64,000 nt of DNA from Octopus vulgaris (GCA_951406725.2 OX597822.1:101680001-101744000); one strand, 5' to 3'. Counted from the first letter of the stretch, positions 28,211 to 41,152 are shown. The notes: generated from the sequence alone by a model not told the origin. Program-made: numbers and translations.

Positions 28211-28475
28211 GGTGTTTTGTTGTTTGTTCCTTCTCGAGTCATGCCTGGCTCATAAGGGCCGGTTTCCCGGTTTCCTTGGCGTATAAGTTCCCCACCCGGA
28301 CGGGACGCCAGTCCGTCGCAGGTGAGCTGCAAGATGCAGGAAGAAAGAGTGAGAGAAAGTTGTGTCGAGAGAGTCAGCAGAGATTCGCCATTACCTTCTG
28401 CCGGAGCCACGATTCGAACCCGCGATCCTTCGACCACGAGTCCGCTGCTCTAACCACTAGGCCATGTGCCTCCAC
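28211..28475 (-). mobile_element. SINE with family B head and centre but a different 3' module (B'), 10-bp TSD
   Basis: Head GTGGAGGCACATGGCCTAGTGGTTAG, B-box GGTTCGAATC, 3' module CCTGCGACGGACTGGCGTCCCGTCC. TSD TTAGTATAAA at 28201-28210 and 28476-28485. Confidence 0.88.
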
Positions 28476-28642
28476 TTAGTATAAAAATATACACCTATAT
28501 TTCAGTCAACGTAGCTCCATATACCTCTAGTTAAGTCATATTATCTTTATGTCGTCTTCGTGTTTGGTCTCTAAACATCGATATTTACGTCTATACTTTG
28601 GTTTAATGTAAAATTTATAGATGCAGTCAGCAATAACCTTCT

Positions 28643-28707
28643 GCAGCAGCAGTAGTAGCAATAGTGGTAGCAGTAGCAGTAGCAGCAGCAGCAGCAGCAA
28701 CAGCAGC

Positions 28708-28782
<75 letters not shown>

Positions 28783-28806
28783 TGTAGTAGTAGTAGTAAT
28801 AGTAGT
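28643..28806. repeat. (AGC)n/(AGT)n trinucleotide microsatellite
   Basis: Read directly from the sequence. Confidence 0.95.
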
Positions 28807-29132
28807 CACTGTGAGTGGGGTTTGAACTAAACTTAAGGCCACATAATCGATTCTAGTAGGATTCTATCGATGCACCCACCTTGAAGAATCTAAACGTTTG
28901 TAATTTTATTATTTAGCTATCTTTATCAATATCGAACACGTTAGAAAGCTTTCAAGTAGTTTCTTGACATCTTAAGTTTAGCAGCCACCTCCAGAAAACC
29001 ACATCTAACATAATTAAAAGGGAAAAAACCGCTGGACGGCGTGGTTATAGATATAAAATAAAATAAATGATTATCATGGTTTGTATATCTGATCATAAGC
29101 CTACTTTATTCGAGCTCACTTCGTACTAAAAT

Positions 29133-29750
29133 GTTAGTTAGTTAGTTAGTTAGTTAATTTGGCTCAAAAGCAAATAGCAAGGCCATGTAGGGGGACATGG
29201 AGTTAAGTACAGGGTGGTGTTCATGTAAAGAGTTCAGGCCACTTGAGGTCAAGGGAGGCTTTGAACAAAGCGGTCGTCGGCATCTTCACCATCTCGTCTG
29301 GCAGCTTGTTCCACGGATCCGCAACCCGGACGGAGAAAGCTCCTCTCCTTCGATTGAGATGAAATCGTCGCAGGTAGAGCTTTTCGGAATGACCCCGCAG
29401 CCGACGCTCTGGAGCAGGAGTGAAGAACAGCTCTTTCGAGAGGTTATACTTTCCGCTTATGATGTTGTGAGCGAGAATGAGATCACCACGGCGGCGGCGT
29501 TTTTCAAGAGAATAAAGGTCGAGCGTCCTCAGCCTTTCTTCGTAGGACAAATTTTTGAGACCATGAACCATGCGGGTAGCCAGCTTCTGGACTCTTTCGA
29601 GATGCTGTATGTCTTTGAGGAGATAAGGAGAAGAGGCTTGAATCCCATACTCCAATATGGGTCTCACCAGCGTGACATAGAGGGGTAGGAATATGGCTGC
29701 TGTGAGCATTCCGAATGACCGTCGAATCAAGAACAGAATTCCGCGTGCGG
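29133..29750 (-). mobile_element. 5'-truncated CR1-type LINE with an uninterrupted C-terminal ORF and (TAAC)n tail
   Basis: ORF 29221-29730 encodes LYVTLVRPILEY, LERVQKLATRMV, YEERLRTLDLYSLEKRRRRGDLI, LRGH and FSVRV..WNKLP, followed by a short 3' UTR and (TAAC)n. Confidence 0.93.
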
Positions 29751-30984
29751 AAGAATTTTTCCTTTTTAAATGGTCATGTGACGGAATCAGTCATATGGAT
29801 TGCTGGTACCTAATTGATCGACTTCGGTTAAATTAATGCCAAAAGTAATGTCGGTATCATTTGAAACCAAAACCAAAATAGGAAAATGAAAAGAAAGATG
29901 GAGATGGATAGAAAGATGAATAAGAAAAAAAACTAAACAGTATAAAGCATTTAGCCTGGTTAATAACTAATTCAGTCAAAGCCATTTATATAATTACGTT
30001 TTAATAGAATTATTCTTTTATTCTCAAGTCTATTCATTTTCTATTTATCGGTGACACAGTGTCAAAAGTTCTTATAATCGTAAATGTACTAACAACAATA
30101 TAACAAAAACAACATTTGTGGAGAATTATATAAACTTGGAAATGTACACTCCATCAGAAGTTATAATAAGTTCGTTAAGAGACTCAGTAATATAATAAAA
30201 CAGACATGACTATTGCTTAGTATCGTTGAAGATTACAATTTACTCGACTAAATCAAATACAAAACATGATATTTTAAGGTTAATACAAGATTCTAAACCA
30301 TTAACGAATTCAGTTGACACCTGGTCGTTCGGAACTCATTTTACCACTAACAGAAATAAAATCGGTTGATTAGGTTAAAGACACAGCAGACAACGATTAA
30401 AAGTAGAATCATTCGTATTTCTAGTTTAACCCACGCTTCCTTGAAAACTTTGTAAAATCGAACTAAAAGTCCATTTAGTAGTTTATATTGCATGGAACTT
30501 ATATATGGCAGCAAATGATTGTTATTTAAAGAATATGGTATTTAGAAATAAAAGCTATTAAAAATACAATGACACGCTATAGCATCAACAGCTTTTGAGT
30601 TTGTTACTGAAAACATACAACGATTAAATGTGTCGACTTTGTGAAAAATATTTATTTGCTTCTTAATATTATGACCTCAAAGCAAATGAATCGCTTAATT
30701 AAAGAGAACATTTGAAAAGGAAAACAAAAGTTATATAAAGTATAAAACATAAAATATCTTTATGATTCTACTTTGTTATGATTTATTCTTTGTTCTTTTG
30801 TTTGGTTATTTGTTTAGACAAATTGCAAAAATTAATACTCAAGCTTTGTTATAAGATTTGTCATAAAAATTTAGTAAAACCTCGTCGACAAAATATGAAT
30901 AACACACTTAATTGTGTACATCTCACATTTAACAGTAAATGCATACTACATGAGTATGCGTAAATATGTCGCTGCATGTATGTT

Positions 30985-31083
<99 letters not shown>

Positions 31084-31086
31084 GTA

Positions 31087-31119
<33 letters not shown>

Positions 31120-31150
31120 GGATGTATATATATGTATATATATGTATATA

Positions 31151-31248
<98 letters not shown>

Positions 31249-31692
31249 TTTACAGATGCATAAACCATTTACATAAAATAAAATCAATTCAGTTTTGCTT
31301 TGTATAAAGGTTGTTTTCCTCACCTCCAGTTTAAAATGTGTAACTCATTACGACATGCACACGTCAATTATATTGATCATTAAGCGGAGGAACCCATAGG
31401 AAAAAATGTAGAGCATGCATTTGCATATGGACGCATAAGTAGTATTGAAGAAGTAATGATGCACTAAAGGTTTATGTAATTTATACGCGAGTCGTACAAG
31501 GGGGAGTAGTCGAAAATTATAATACGCATAATGCCGTTCTACAGTATCGATTTTTCAGAATTGTTAACAAATTTTCAAACAATGAGCACATTTTTACCCT
31601 GCCAATAATTATTATTGGGAAACAGTTTTGCAGTTTCGTGATACGCACACACACACACACACACACATGTATGCATGAATATATATATATAT

Positions 31693-32005
31693 ATCACCGT
31701 GATCACCGTAACCGACCAGGCTATCAGATGTTGCTACACATCGCTGGTCACAATGAGCTTCGCATCGTTTTAGCCTTCAAATGACGCCACCTCGCTGGCT
31801 AAGCGAGCAGGCCAACAGAAGAAAGAGTGAGAGAAAGTTGTGGCGAAAGAGTACAGCAAGGATCGCCACCAACCCCTGCCGTTGCCTCGTGGAGCTTTAA
31901 GTGTTTTCGCTCAATAAACACTCACAACGCCTGGTCTGGGAATCGAAACCGCGATCTTACGACCGCGAGTCCGCTGTCCTAATCACTGGGCCATTGCGCC
32001 TCCAC
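31693..32005 (-). mobile_element. Full-length SINE family B
   Basis: Reverse-complement match to 18852-19145, ending (CACGGTGAT)2-like into (AT)n. Confidence 0.92.
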
Positions 32006-32028
32006 ACAGACACACACACACACACATA

Positions 32029-32118
<90 letters not shown>

Positions 32119-32136
32119 TAGATAGATAGATCGATC

Positions 32137-32178
<42 letters not shown>

Positions 32179-33615
32179 CATACCAACATGTATAACTATA
32201 CAAGCATATATGTAATAAATATTACGTAACAACTATTGAAGATGATTTCCTTCGCTACTACATTATAGAGAAAAGCTCTAAGTTTAAAGTAAGATTCATG
32301 TTCACTGAGCTAATCACCTTGACAATTTACTATGAAACCTGTACGATTACCATCCCTTCGTCTCACACACCTAGAAGAAGAGAGCTATAATATACTTAAT
32401 GAAATTTGTTCAATGTAAATATTTTCCGTTTTGTGTTTTAAGTATGTATTGAGCATCTTAAACATATTATCTAAAACGTGTTCGTAAATAATCTAAATAA
32501 CATGATAGAATCCTATTAGTGTTAGTTTTACTTTGCGTACTCTTTTAAGCTAAAATTATTGAGTAATAAACTGCGTACGTTACATTTTATGTGAAGAGCA
32601 AAAATCGTTATATTTAATACAGTTGCAAATAGATTATTAAATTAAAAAATAAAATAACGCTGAAGCAGAAACGTAGCCTCAAGTTCAGACAATGTTTCAA
32701 TTACGCTGTAGCAAATTCTCTCGAATTTTAGACAAGCAGTAATATTGGCAATGCTTATTGAACCTAGCGGGTATTATAATGCAGAGAAACTATTTCAATG
32801 AGAATGAAGAGGGTCATAAAAGGTGCAATACCCGATTTAATTTCTTTTTCTTCTCGTCAACAGAATTCACATTTGTAGGAATAAATTTAATCAATATAGC
32901 TGACGCATGAAATTAATGGCTGCTGGTTAATTATCTACAGAAACAGCTGTAAATTGACCCCACAGTCTGCCGTGAACTACAACTTATAAGCATACAACAG
33001 TTACAGAATTTAAGTTTATGAAACTGCAATTAAATTACAGATATCCGGTCGATAATTTTATTGCACACACACACTGTATGTCATAAAAAAAGTATGTGGT
33101 CACATATTCAAATAATCTATTTGTAGATATTCTACCTTTTAATCAAAGGAACAACTCAACATTGATTCCCACTTCAGCCTGAATGCTTTCTTATTTTCTC
33201 CCCAGTAATTTTCGACTTTGGCTAATCGATCCCAATTTTTGTTAATCCCATCCAAATATTCCCTTCAATTTTTTAGTTGTCGCTTACTTTTTATTTTTTG
33301 AGATCCTTGAAATCTAGTTTGTCAGCTTATCTCTTCAATTTTGTCAAGTTATCCTCTAAACGTGTCGATCCCTCTAAGTCTATTTCAACGACCTTACATT
33401 ATTCACAATTATAATTAGTCTTCTTAGTCTTATGATACATTTACTTATTTGAAAGTGTTTCCTCGTTATACCCAGCAGAAAGCGTTCGAAACCGTGTTGA
33501 TTAATTTTTATGTTACATTTTATAGTATTTTACTATGCTCAATGTTTCTGAATAATGGAAAATGTTGGAGAGACGCATCAATTATAACCACTTTTAAGAA
33601 TTCTGATACATCTGC

Positions 33616-33668
<53 letters not shown>

Positions 33669-34277
33669 TTTATATATATATATATTAATTAATAAGGGTG
33701 AGAGAATTAGATACTAATTTAATAGTATATTTATTCCACACCAAGTGGTATGAATGTATGTATAGTATATATATATATATATATATATATATAATGATAT
33801 AAATAAAATTTTTCGAAAAATTTTTTTTATATATATATATATATATATATCACAAAAATTCTTCAGCGGCACATATATATATATGAAGAAAATGCCAGAT
33901 ACGCGAAACAAAAATTGTCAATAGGTAAAACGAATTTTTTGAGATTTATGTTTTTCGAGACGCATAAATGTAGTTACAAATTTTGTTTCATCTGGATTAA
34001 ATTTTTTGTCTATCTGTAAATTATATATATATATATTGTGTGTGTGTGTGTGTTTGATAATAGAAAGAATGCTTTTCGCATTGGTGGGTAAATTTTATAT
34101 CTGAGTTCTACAGAAATTGGAGATTTTCTATGTACAAAATGTGAAATGTCAGTATTCATCCCATTTGATGAGAATGAGAAATCATATGTCCGTGGCACAC
34201 TTGAACAATTGTTAACTCTTCTGAAACCATTGGTTGCCTAATCATAAATATAGTATATATATACATATATGTATATT

Positions 34278-34345
<68 letters not shown>

Positions 34346-34398
34346 TTTTTTTTGTTTATATATATATATGTATTATTATATATATATTATATATATAT

Positions 34399-34449
<51 letters not shown>

Positions 34450-34546
34450 GTATATATATACATACATACATATATATATATATATTATATGATATATATA
34501 TATATATTTATATGACATATATATATATTATATATGTATGTATGAC

Positions 34547-34614
<68 letters not shown>

Positions 34615-34654
34615 CACCCCCATATATATAAGTTTTAAATACAAAGCGATTTAT

Positions 34655-35362
34655 TCAATCAGTGACATAATTATCGTTTCGTTCCTGTATCTTCTGTTAT
34701 ATTGTGGGCAAATCTATTATTTCCTACTCAAAGTACTTCCTATCTTTAATTGCGTAGATCTCTTCCGAATGGATTTTTACATCCCTTTCAATGAATTTTG
34801 AAGAGATCGAAATAGGTGGAAGTTTTAAGTTGCCAAGTGCAACGAATATGGAGGGTGCGACAAAACTTTCCAGTCAAGCCGCAGTAACTTCTGCCGCGTC
34901 TACAAAGAGGTGTGTGTTCTGGCATTGTCGTCATGAAAACTAATTCCCTTGCGATTAGCAAATGATGGATGGTTCTGATGGATTACTGCCTTTAATTTGC
35001 CCAGTTGGTTACAGTACACCCCCGAATTGATGGTTCTGTCCGTGGGAAGAAGCTCATAAGAGACAGCACCCTTACTATCCCATTAAATTGAAAGTATAAC
35101 GATCTTAGTGTGAAGTCCTGGCATGACGGTCGTTTGTGGTTGCTTGCCCCGCTTTACCTATGATTGTTTGGGCTTCACATTATTATTAATGCCGTCACCA
35201 TTCTCTTCACAAGATGAGTTTTCTTCATATTTCTTCAACGAATCACAAATGGAAATCTGTTAGGCGAGGTTATCTTCATTCAGTTGATGTGAGTCAAAAG
35301 CATCAAACCTGGTGACGTGCCCAAGCTGATACAGTTGGTTTTCAACACTTGATTTGAGTAAT
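34655..35362 (-). mobile_element. Decayed mariner transposase fragment (different subfamily from 11166)
   Basis: Minus-strand translation gives NRKGISFHDDNARTH, LDWKVLSHPPYSLHLAT*NFHLFRSLQN and C-terminal NDNYVTD*. No TIRs recognised. Confidence 0.85.
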
Positions 35363-35773
35363 TTTTTTATCTTTTAATTACAAGCCATTTGACTGCAGTC
35401 ATGCTGGAGCGCTGTATTGAAGGAATGTAGTCGATCAGATCGGGCCATGGACTTATCTTTTAAGCCTAGTACTAAGTTACAGGACGTAAACAGACTAACG
35501 CCGGTTGTCAAATGAAATGAATAATAACAGATATTATTCATTTGATTATAATACACCTTAGGGATTCACGATACGTCCGATACCCTGGATTATGTCAACA
35601 ACGTACAATCAACGTAATGTGTTCTTGGACCAATCCCCAGGTGCTAATTACTCATTGGCTGGTTTTCTCTCTGTACACAACCGGAATATGATGAACCATA
35701 GGTGGTTACCACAGGTTTACCCAACCCTACTCGGTGCATATCTTTTCAAGTACCCGATTCTATTTGAATTTAT

Positions 35774-37378
35774 ATATGTATAATTACAGAAGTATGTACG
35801 CCCCTAAACATTTTCAGTAAAATCGCTGTTACTTTTATAATATCGAAGGAAACCAAACGAAATTTATGCTGAATAAAATATATCATACATGCAAACAATA
35901 TACAAATTTGGAACAGAAAATAAGAAACATTTTGAAAGATATGAACGAAATACATTAATTTTCAAACGATACAAAAATATGTACACCGTAAAGGATTATT
36001 TGATATATCCAATATTTGGTGTGACCGCCTTTGCTTTCAATGATTGCATTAAGTCTTCTGGGCATAACCGATGAAATAGACCTCCATTCTTCCTTAATTA
36101 TGTCTTTCAACTGTGTTACATTGCAGGTTTTTTTCTCCTCAATCATCCTTTTAAAAACATCCCACAGATATTCTTTATATTGGGTTTAAATCAGATGACA
36201 TTGTAAGCCAAGGCAATATCTTCACCTTTTTATCTGATCAAATCCTTAGTCGTCTTCTTTGAAGTATGTTTAGGATCATTATCATGTTGGAACATGGAAT
36301 GTCTTCCTAGTTCCTTGATGTTTTTCATCATCGTTTTCTGCAATACGTCACAATGTAGCTTCGAATCCATTCTTCTCTCAATAAATGTGACTCCTCCCAC
36401 ACCAGCCGCACTCATGCATCCCCAAAAGCATAGCACTTCTGCCACCGTGTTTCACGGTAGACACGGTACATTTGTCGCTGTTATCTTCACTTGGTAGTCG
36501 CCATACTCGTTTAATACCATCTGACCCAAACAAATTGATTTTAGTCTCGTCAAAAACAACAAAAAAAAAGAAGAATTTTATTCCAAAACTCTTTCCTCTT
36601 ACTCACATAGGTTTCGGCAAAAGAAAGACGACTTGATTTATGCCTTGCAGTTAGGAGAGGCTTCCTACGAGGAATGCATCCATGAAGACCACACTGGTAC
36701 AAACTTCCACGAACTGTTTGGGCGGATACGCTCTTTCCACTAATAGAAGACACTTCTTGGGCCAAAGATGAAGCGGTGCGACGCCTGTCGTCCATCACGC
36801 AACGTTGAATGTGACAAATATCACGCGCAGTTAAAATAGAAGGACGACCTGGACAATATTCGTTACTTAGCCGTCCAGTAGCTTTGTATTTCTGAATTAT
36901 TTTGGCAACTGTGTTTGTGCTAATATGTATTCTTTTGCTAATTAACTTGTATCCTAAACCATTCTTGTGCAAATTAAAAATAATTTTCTTCAAATCTTCA
37001 GACAATTGCTTTCCTTTTGGTGCCATTTTAATCACAAAACAGAATTCCTGAAGAGGGAATAATAATGACCGGTGAAAAACTGCCAGGAAAAAATAATTTA
37101 TTAGAATTGAAATTATCAGCGATTCGGTGAAATAAAAAAAAGTGGATAAGATATTGAATATAGCAAATTTTCATTAGTGTGTGCATTTTTTGTAACGTTT
37201 GAAAATTAATATTTCGTTCGTATCTTTGAAAATGTTTATTGTTTTGTGTTCTGAATTTGTAAAATATTTGAATGTATAATATATTTTATTCAGTAAAAAT
37301 TTCGTTTGATTTCCTTCGATATTATCAGAGTAATGACAATTTTACTAGAGTTTTTTGGAGTGTACATACTTGTGTGAG

Positions 37379-37385
<7 letters not shown>
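35774..37385 (-). mobile_element. Full-length defective Tc1-family transposon with long IR/DR-type inverted repeats
   Basis: The transposase is in pieces: MAPKGKQLSEDLK..HTH..GRP (36550-37035), FWGCMSAAGVG..FQHDNDPKHTS (36230-36445) and MPRRLNAIIESKGGHTKY. Imperfect IRs of about 200 bp lie at about 35780-35987 and 37177-37380, each with outer and inner AA(G/A)TATGTAC-like repeats. Confidence 0.93.
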
Positions 37386-37397
<12 letters not shown>

Positions 37398-37409
<12 letters not shown>

Positions 37410-37825
37410 TAAGAGAGTTAACGATAAGTGGCTAACTCTAGTGCTAGAAATAGCTCCTTATTCTGGTATAGCCACCGAAGATATTTTCCACAGCAGAAAC
37501 AGAAACAGAAGCTAAACCACAACTATGTATGTAATAGATCAGACCGCATGGGTATTTCATCGCCCGTGTGGGTCTGATAAATTGTATCGAGGACAAATAC
37601 TGCTGATGAATTATAGACAAATATGTGAGTATGATTACATATTATGTTGATAAGGAAACAATTGTTCAGTATTGATCTATCTTTTTGTTGTATTTCGCTT
37701 CCCCTACGTTGAGGGTAATGCTGTTTCTGCTGTGGAAAAAATCTTCGGTGGCTATACCAGAATAAGGAGCTATTTCTAGCACTAGAGTTAGCCACCTATC
37801 GTTAACTCTCTTATATTTATATATA
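37398..37825. repeat. Near-perfect inverted-repeat cassette (about 105 bp arms, about 215 bp spacer), PLE terminal-repeat-like
   Basis: About 37398-37503 and about 37721-37825 are reverse complements with only a couple of differences. The spacer holds a hairpin and a hammerhead. Confidence 0.9.
37596..37673 (+). ncRNA. Type-I hammerhead ribozyme, best-preserved copy
   Basis: Perfect 7-bp stem I AATACTG/CAGTATT, CTGATGA (37603-37609), long stem II (TTAT/ATAA, AATATGT/ACATATT), GAAAC (37655-37659), palindromic stem III ACAATTGT and a GUU cleavage triplet. Confidence 0.8.
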
Positions 37826-37918
37826 AATTTGCACTCCCTGGTTTCTATGTGCTAGGCCACTTGGTGTTAAACTGACGGTATTATTAAATTAATATCTAAT
37901 TTTTCACCCTCATTTATG

Positions 37919-38021
<103 letters not shown>

Positions 38022-38250
38022 ACAGTCCCATGAAGGGAATCACACTACAGTATACAACTACTTTATCGTACTACTCCTTAGGCTTAGCTGAGTGTTATCC
38101 GGTAAAGAAACGTTTAGAAGCCTTCCGTCCTTAAGGTACATTGTGCAATGTGTCCCTCCTTTTGGAAAGCAGCAGGGTAGGATCTAACAACATTTTTTCC
38201 TGCCGTTTCTAATAAGTAGCGGATTCCTATAGAACCCTCATTGATTCATA

Positions 38251-38441
38251 TACTCTTTACTCTTTTACTTGTTTCAGTCATTTGACTGCGGCCATGCTGG
38301 AGCACCGCCTTTAGTCGAGCAATCGACCCCGGGACTTATTCTTTGTAAGCCCAGTACTTAGTCTATCGGTCTTTTTTGCCACACCAGCATCGGTTGTCAA
38401 GCAATGCTAGGGGGACAAACACAGACACACAAAAACACACA

Positions 38442-38487
<46 letters not shown>

Positions 38488-38651
38488 TACGACAGGCTTC
38501 TTTCAGTTTCCGTCTACCAAATCCACTCACAAGGCATTGGTCGGCCCGAGGCTATAGCAGAAGACACTTGCCCAAGGTGCCACGCAGTGGGACTGAACCC
38601 GGAACCATGTGGCTGGTTAGCAAGCTACTTACCACACAGCAACTCCTGCGC

Positions 38652-38652
<1 letters not shown>
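38251..38652 (-). mobile_element. SINE family A with a small internal deletion
   Basis: Colinear with other copies but lacks the GAACCGCTAAG...GTAAAC segment. Confidence 0.9.
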
Positions 38653-38705
<53 letters not shown>

Positions 38706-38749
38706 AAGATAAAGATATAAATATATATATATATCTTTATCTTTTATTT

Positions 38750-38951
38750 TTCGTGTTTTACTTGTTTCAGTGATTAGTCTTCAGCCATGCTGGAGCACTT
38801 CCTTGAAGAATGTTAGTCTAACGAATCGATCCCAATCCTTATATTTTAAGCTTCGTACTTATTTTATTGGTCTCTTTTGCGGAACCGCTAAGATACGGGG
38901 ATATAAACATACTAACACTTGACATGCGGTGCTGAGGGACAAACGCATACA

Positions 38952-38989
<38 letters not shown>

Positions 38990-39012
38990 TGCACACACAC
39001 GCATATAGACAT

Positions 39013-39058
<46 letters not shown>

Positions 39059-39332
39059 TTGAAGCGTGGAAGGTGTTTGTAAGCTATTTAAGAAACACAC
39101 AAAAGCCGTTCGATTCACTTCAACATTTAAGTCTAATTTGTCAAAATATTTTCGTTGGTAAAATCCGTGACCTGTTCACTGACAAAAATCTTTTGACAAA
39201 TTAAACTGTTGAAGTGAATCGAACGGCTTTTGTGTGTTTCTTAAATAGCTTACAAACATCTTCCACGCTGCAATTGTTTTCGTTTCAGCACACGATCTCA
39301 GATCAAATCACTTGCTATGCAAGTACATCTCC

Positions 39333-39389
<57 letters not shown>

Positions 39390-39567
39390 TGCGCGCGCGC
39401 GTGTATATATATACAACGAGCTTCCTTTAGTTTCCATCTACCAGATCCACTCATAAGCCTTTGGTCGAGTCGAGGCTATTTGTAGAAGACGCTTTTCCAA
39501 GGTGCCATTCAGTGGGACTGAACCCGAATCGTGTGATCAAGAAGCAAACTTTCTACCACACAGCCAT
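38750..39567 (-). mobile_element. Old family A SINE split by an insertion in its central microsatellite
   Basis: The 3' half is at 38750-38940 and the 5' half at 39412-39567, with an inverted-repeat cassette between them. Confidence 0.7.
39056..39276. repeat. Inverted-repeat cassette (about 85-90 bp arms) enclosing a G3-C8 hammerhead-like motif
   Basis: Arms 39056-39146 and 39191-39276. Minus strand 39137-39186 reads TTTGTCA-GTGAACA-(19 nt)-GAAA-ATATTT-TGACAAA. Confidence 0.8.
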
Positions 39568-39582
39568 TCACACACACACACA

Positions 39583-39669
<87 letters not shown>

Positions 39670-39671
<2 letters not shown>

Positions 39672-40062
39672 CGCAGGAGTGGCTGTGTGGTAAGTAGCTT
39701 GTTTACCAACCTCATGGTTCCGGGTTCAGTCCCACTGCGTGGCACCTTGGGCAAGTGTTTTCTACTATAGCCTTGGGCCGACCAAAGCCTTGTGAGCGGA
39801 TTTAGTAGACGGAAACTGAAAGAAGCCCGTCGTATATATATATATGTGTGCGTCTATGTTTGTGTTTGTCCCCCTACTAGCATTGCTTGACAACCGATGC
39901 TGGTGTGTTTATGTCCCCGTCACTTAGCGGTTCGGCAAAAGAGACCAATAGAATAAGTACTGGGCTTACAAAGAATAAGTCCCGGGGTCGAGCTGCTCGA
40001 TTAAAGGCGGTGCTCCAGCATGGCCGCAGTCAAATGACTGAAACAAGTAAAAGAGAAAAAGA
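39670..40062 (+). mobile_element. Full-length SINE family A
   Basis: Complete from head to tail and flanked by a direct duplication of about 57 bp. Confidence 0.92.
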
Positions 40063-41152
40063 CAATATATATATATCGTGTGATCAAGAAGCAAACTTTC
40101 TACCACACAGCCATTCACACACACACGATATATATATATATATTTATACACATAGACATTTATAAATAGTGTAGCTAATATAGAACTATACACATGAATG
40201 CTAAAAACACGATATTGAAAACCTTTGAAATGCTGGTCGTTCCTGCAGTTTCTCCATATTAATGATTAAAAAGTGAGAGAGCCTTCAGTTTGATTAATAT
40301 CGAAATGTCTACTTTTACTTATATACCAAGGATAATAAAAAAACATTAATGACAAATATTTATGCTACACAGTTATATATTAATAAATTGTAGTCAGATT
40401 CAAAGAAACCTTGTTTTTTCTTAGCTTGTCCAGCACCAAAACGAAACTTATTGATTTATTCTTAACCGTATTTACGTAGCAATATAGAATTAACATAAAA
40501 TTAAATGCCTGTACATATTACATTAATTTCTCTTAATTAAAAACTTGTACAAACTAGCTAGCTTAAAATATAGCGCGGCCAAAATTAGTACTAAGACTCT
40601 TTTCATCTTTTATTCTTTTATCAATAAGATTGAGGTCATGCTGGAGCAGAGCCTTCAAGACATTAATCATTTAAATCACCCCTTCTGCTATTTTTTGTCT
40701 ATTCATATATTTCTTTATTTCCTAATTTATTTAATTATTTATTTTTTAAGTCTGATACTAGTTCTATTAGTTTTGTTTGCCGAAACGCGAACTTACAAGG
40801 ACATAAACAAACAACCACCGGGTTGCAAAGTGATTAGAGAGAAATACAAATATGCACACACATACAGACACACATACACACACACACACATTACACTCAT
40901 TCACACACATATACGACGGGAATTCCACACAGTTTCCTTCAGACAAATTCCCTCACTAGACATTGATCGACCCGGGATTACGCTAGAAAATACTAGCACT
41001 GTGCCCAAAATACCGTAATTGTAATTTCAAAACGAAAATCTTAACCACCCAGCCAGTTGTGGGAATACTTTCATCGCCGGTTCACAAGGAGCGAGTAGAC
41101 CCTTGTTGAAATGTACTACAACTGTGAGATTTTGATATATGTAGGTCAAAAA

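Noticed and set aside
29197-29688. 163-aa plus-strand ORF
   Set aside because: It is the antisense shadow of the CR1 ORF.
33882-33925. ATGAAGA..GC..GCGAAAC..GTC possible hammerhead
   Set aside because: The 3-8 pair is mismatched and the stems are too weak to count.
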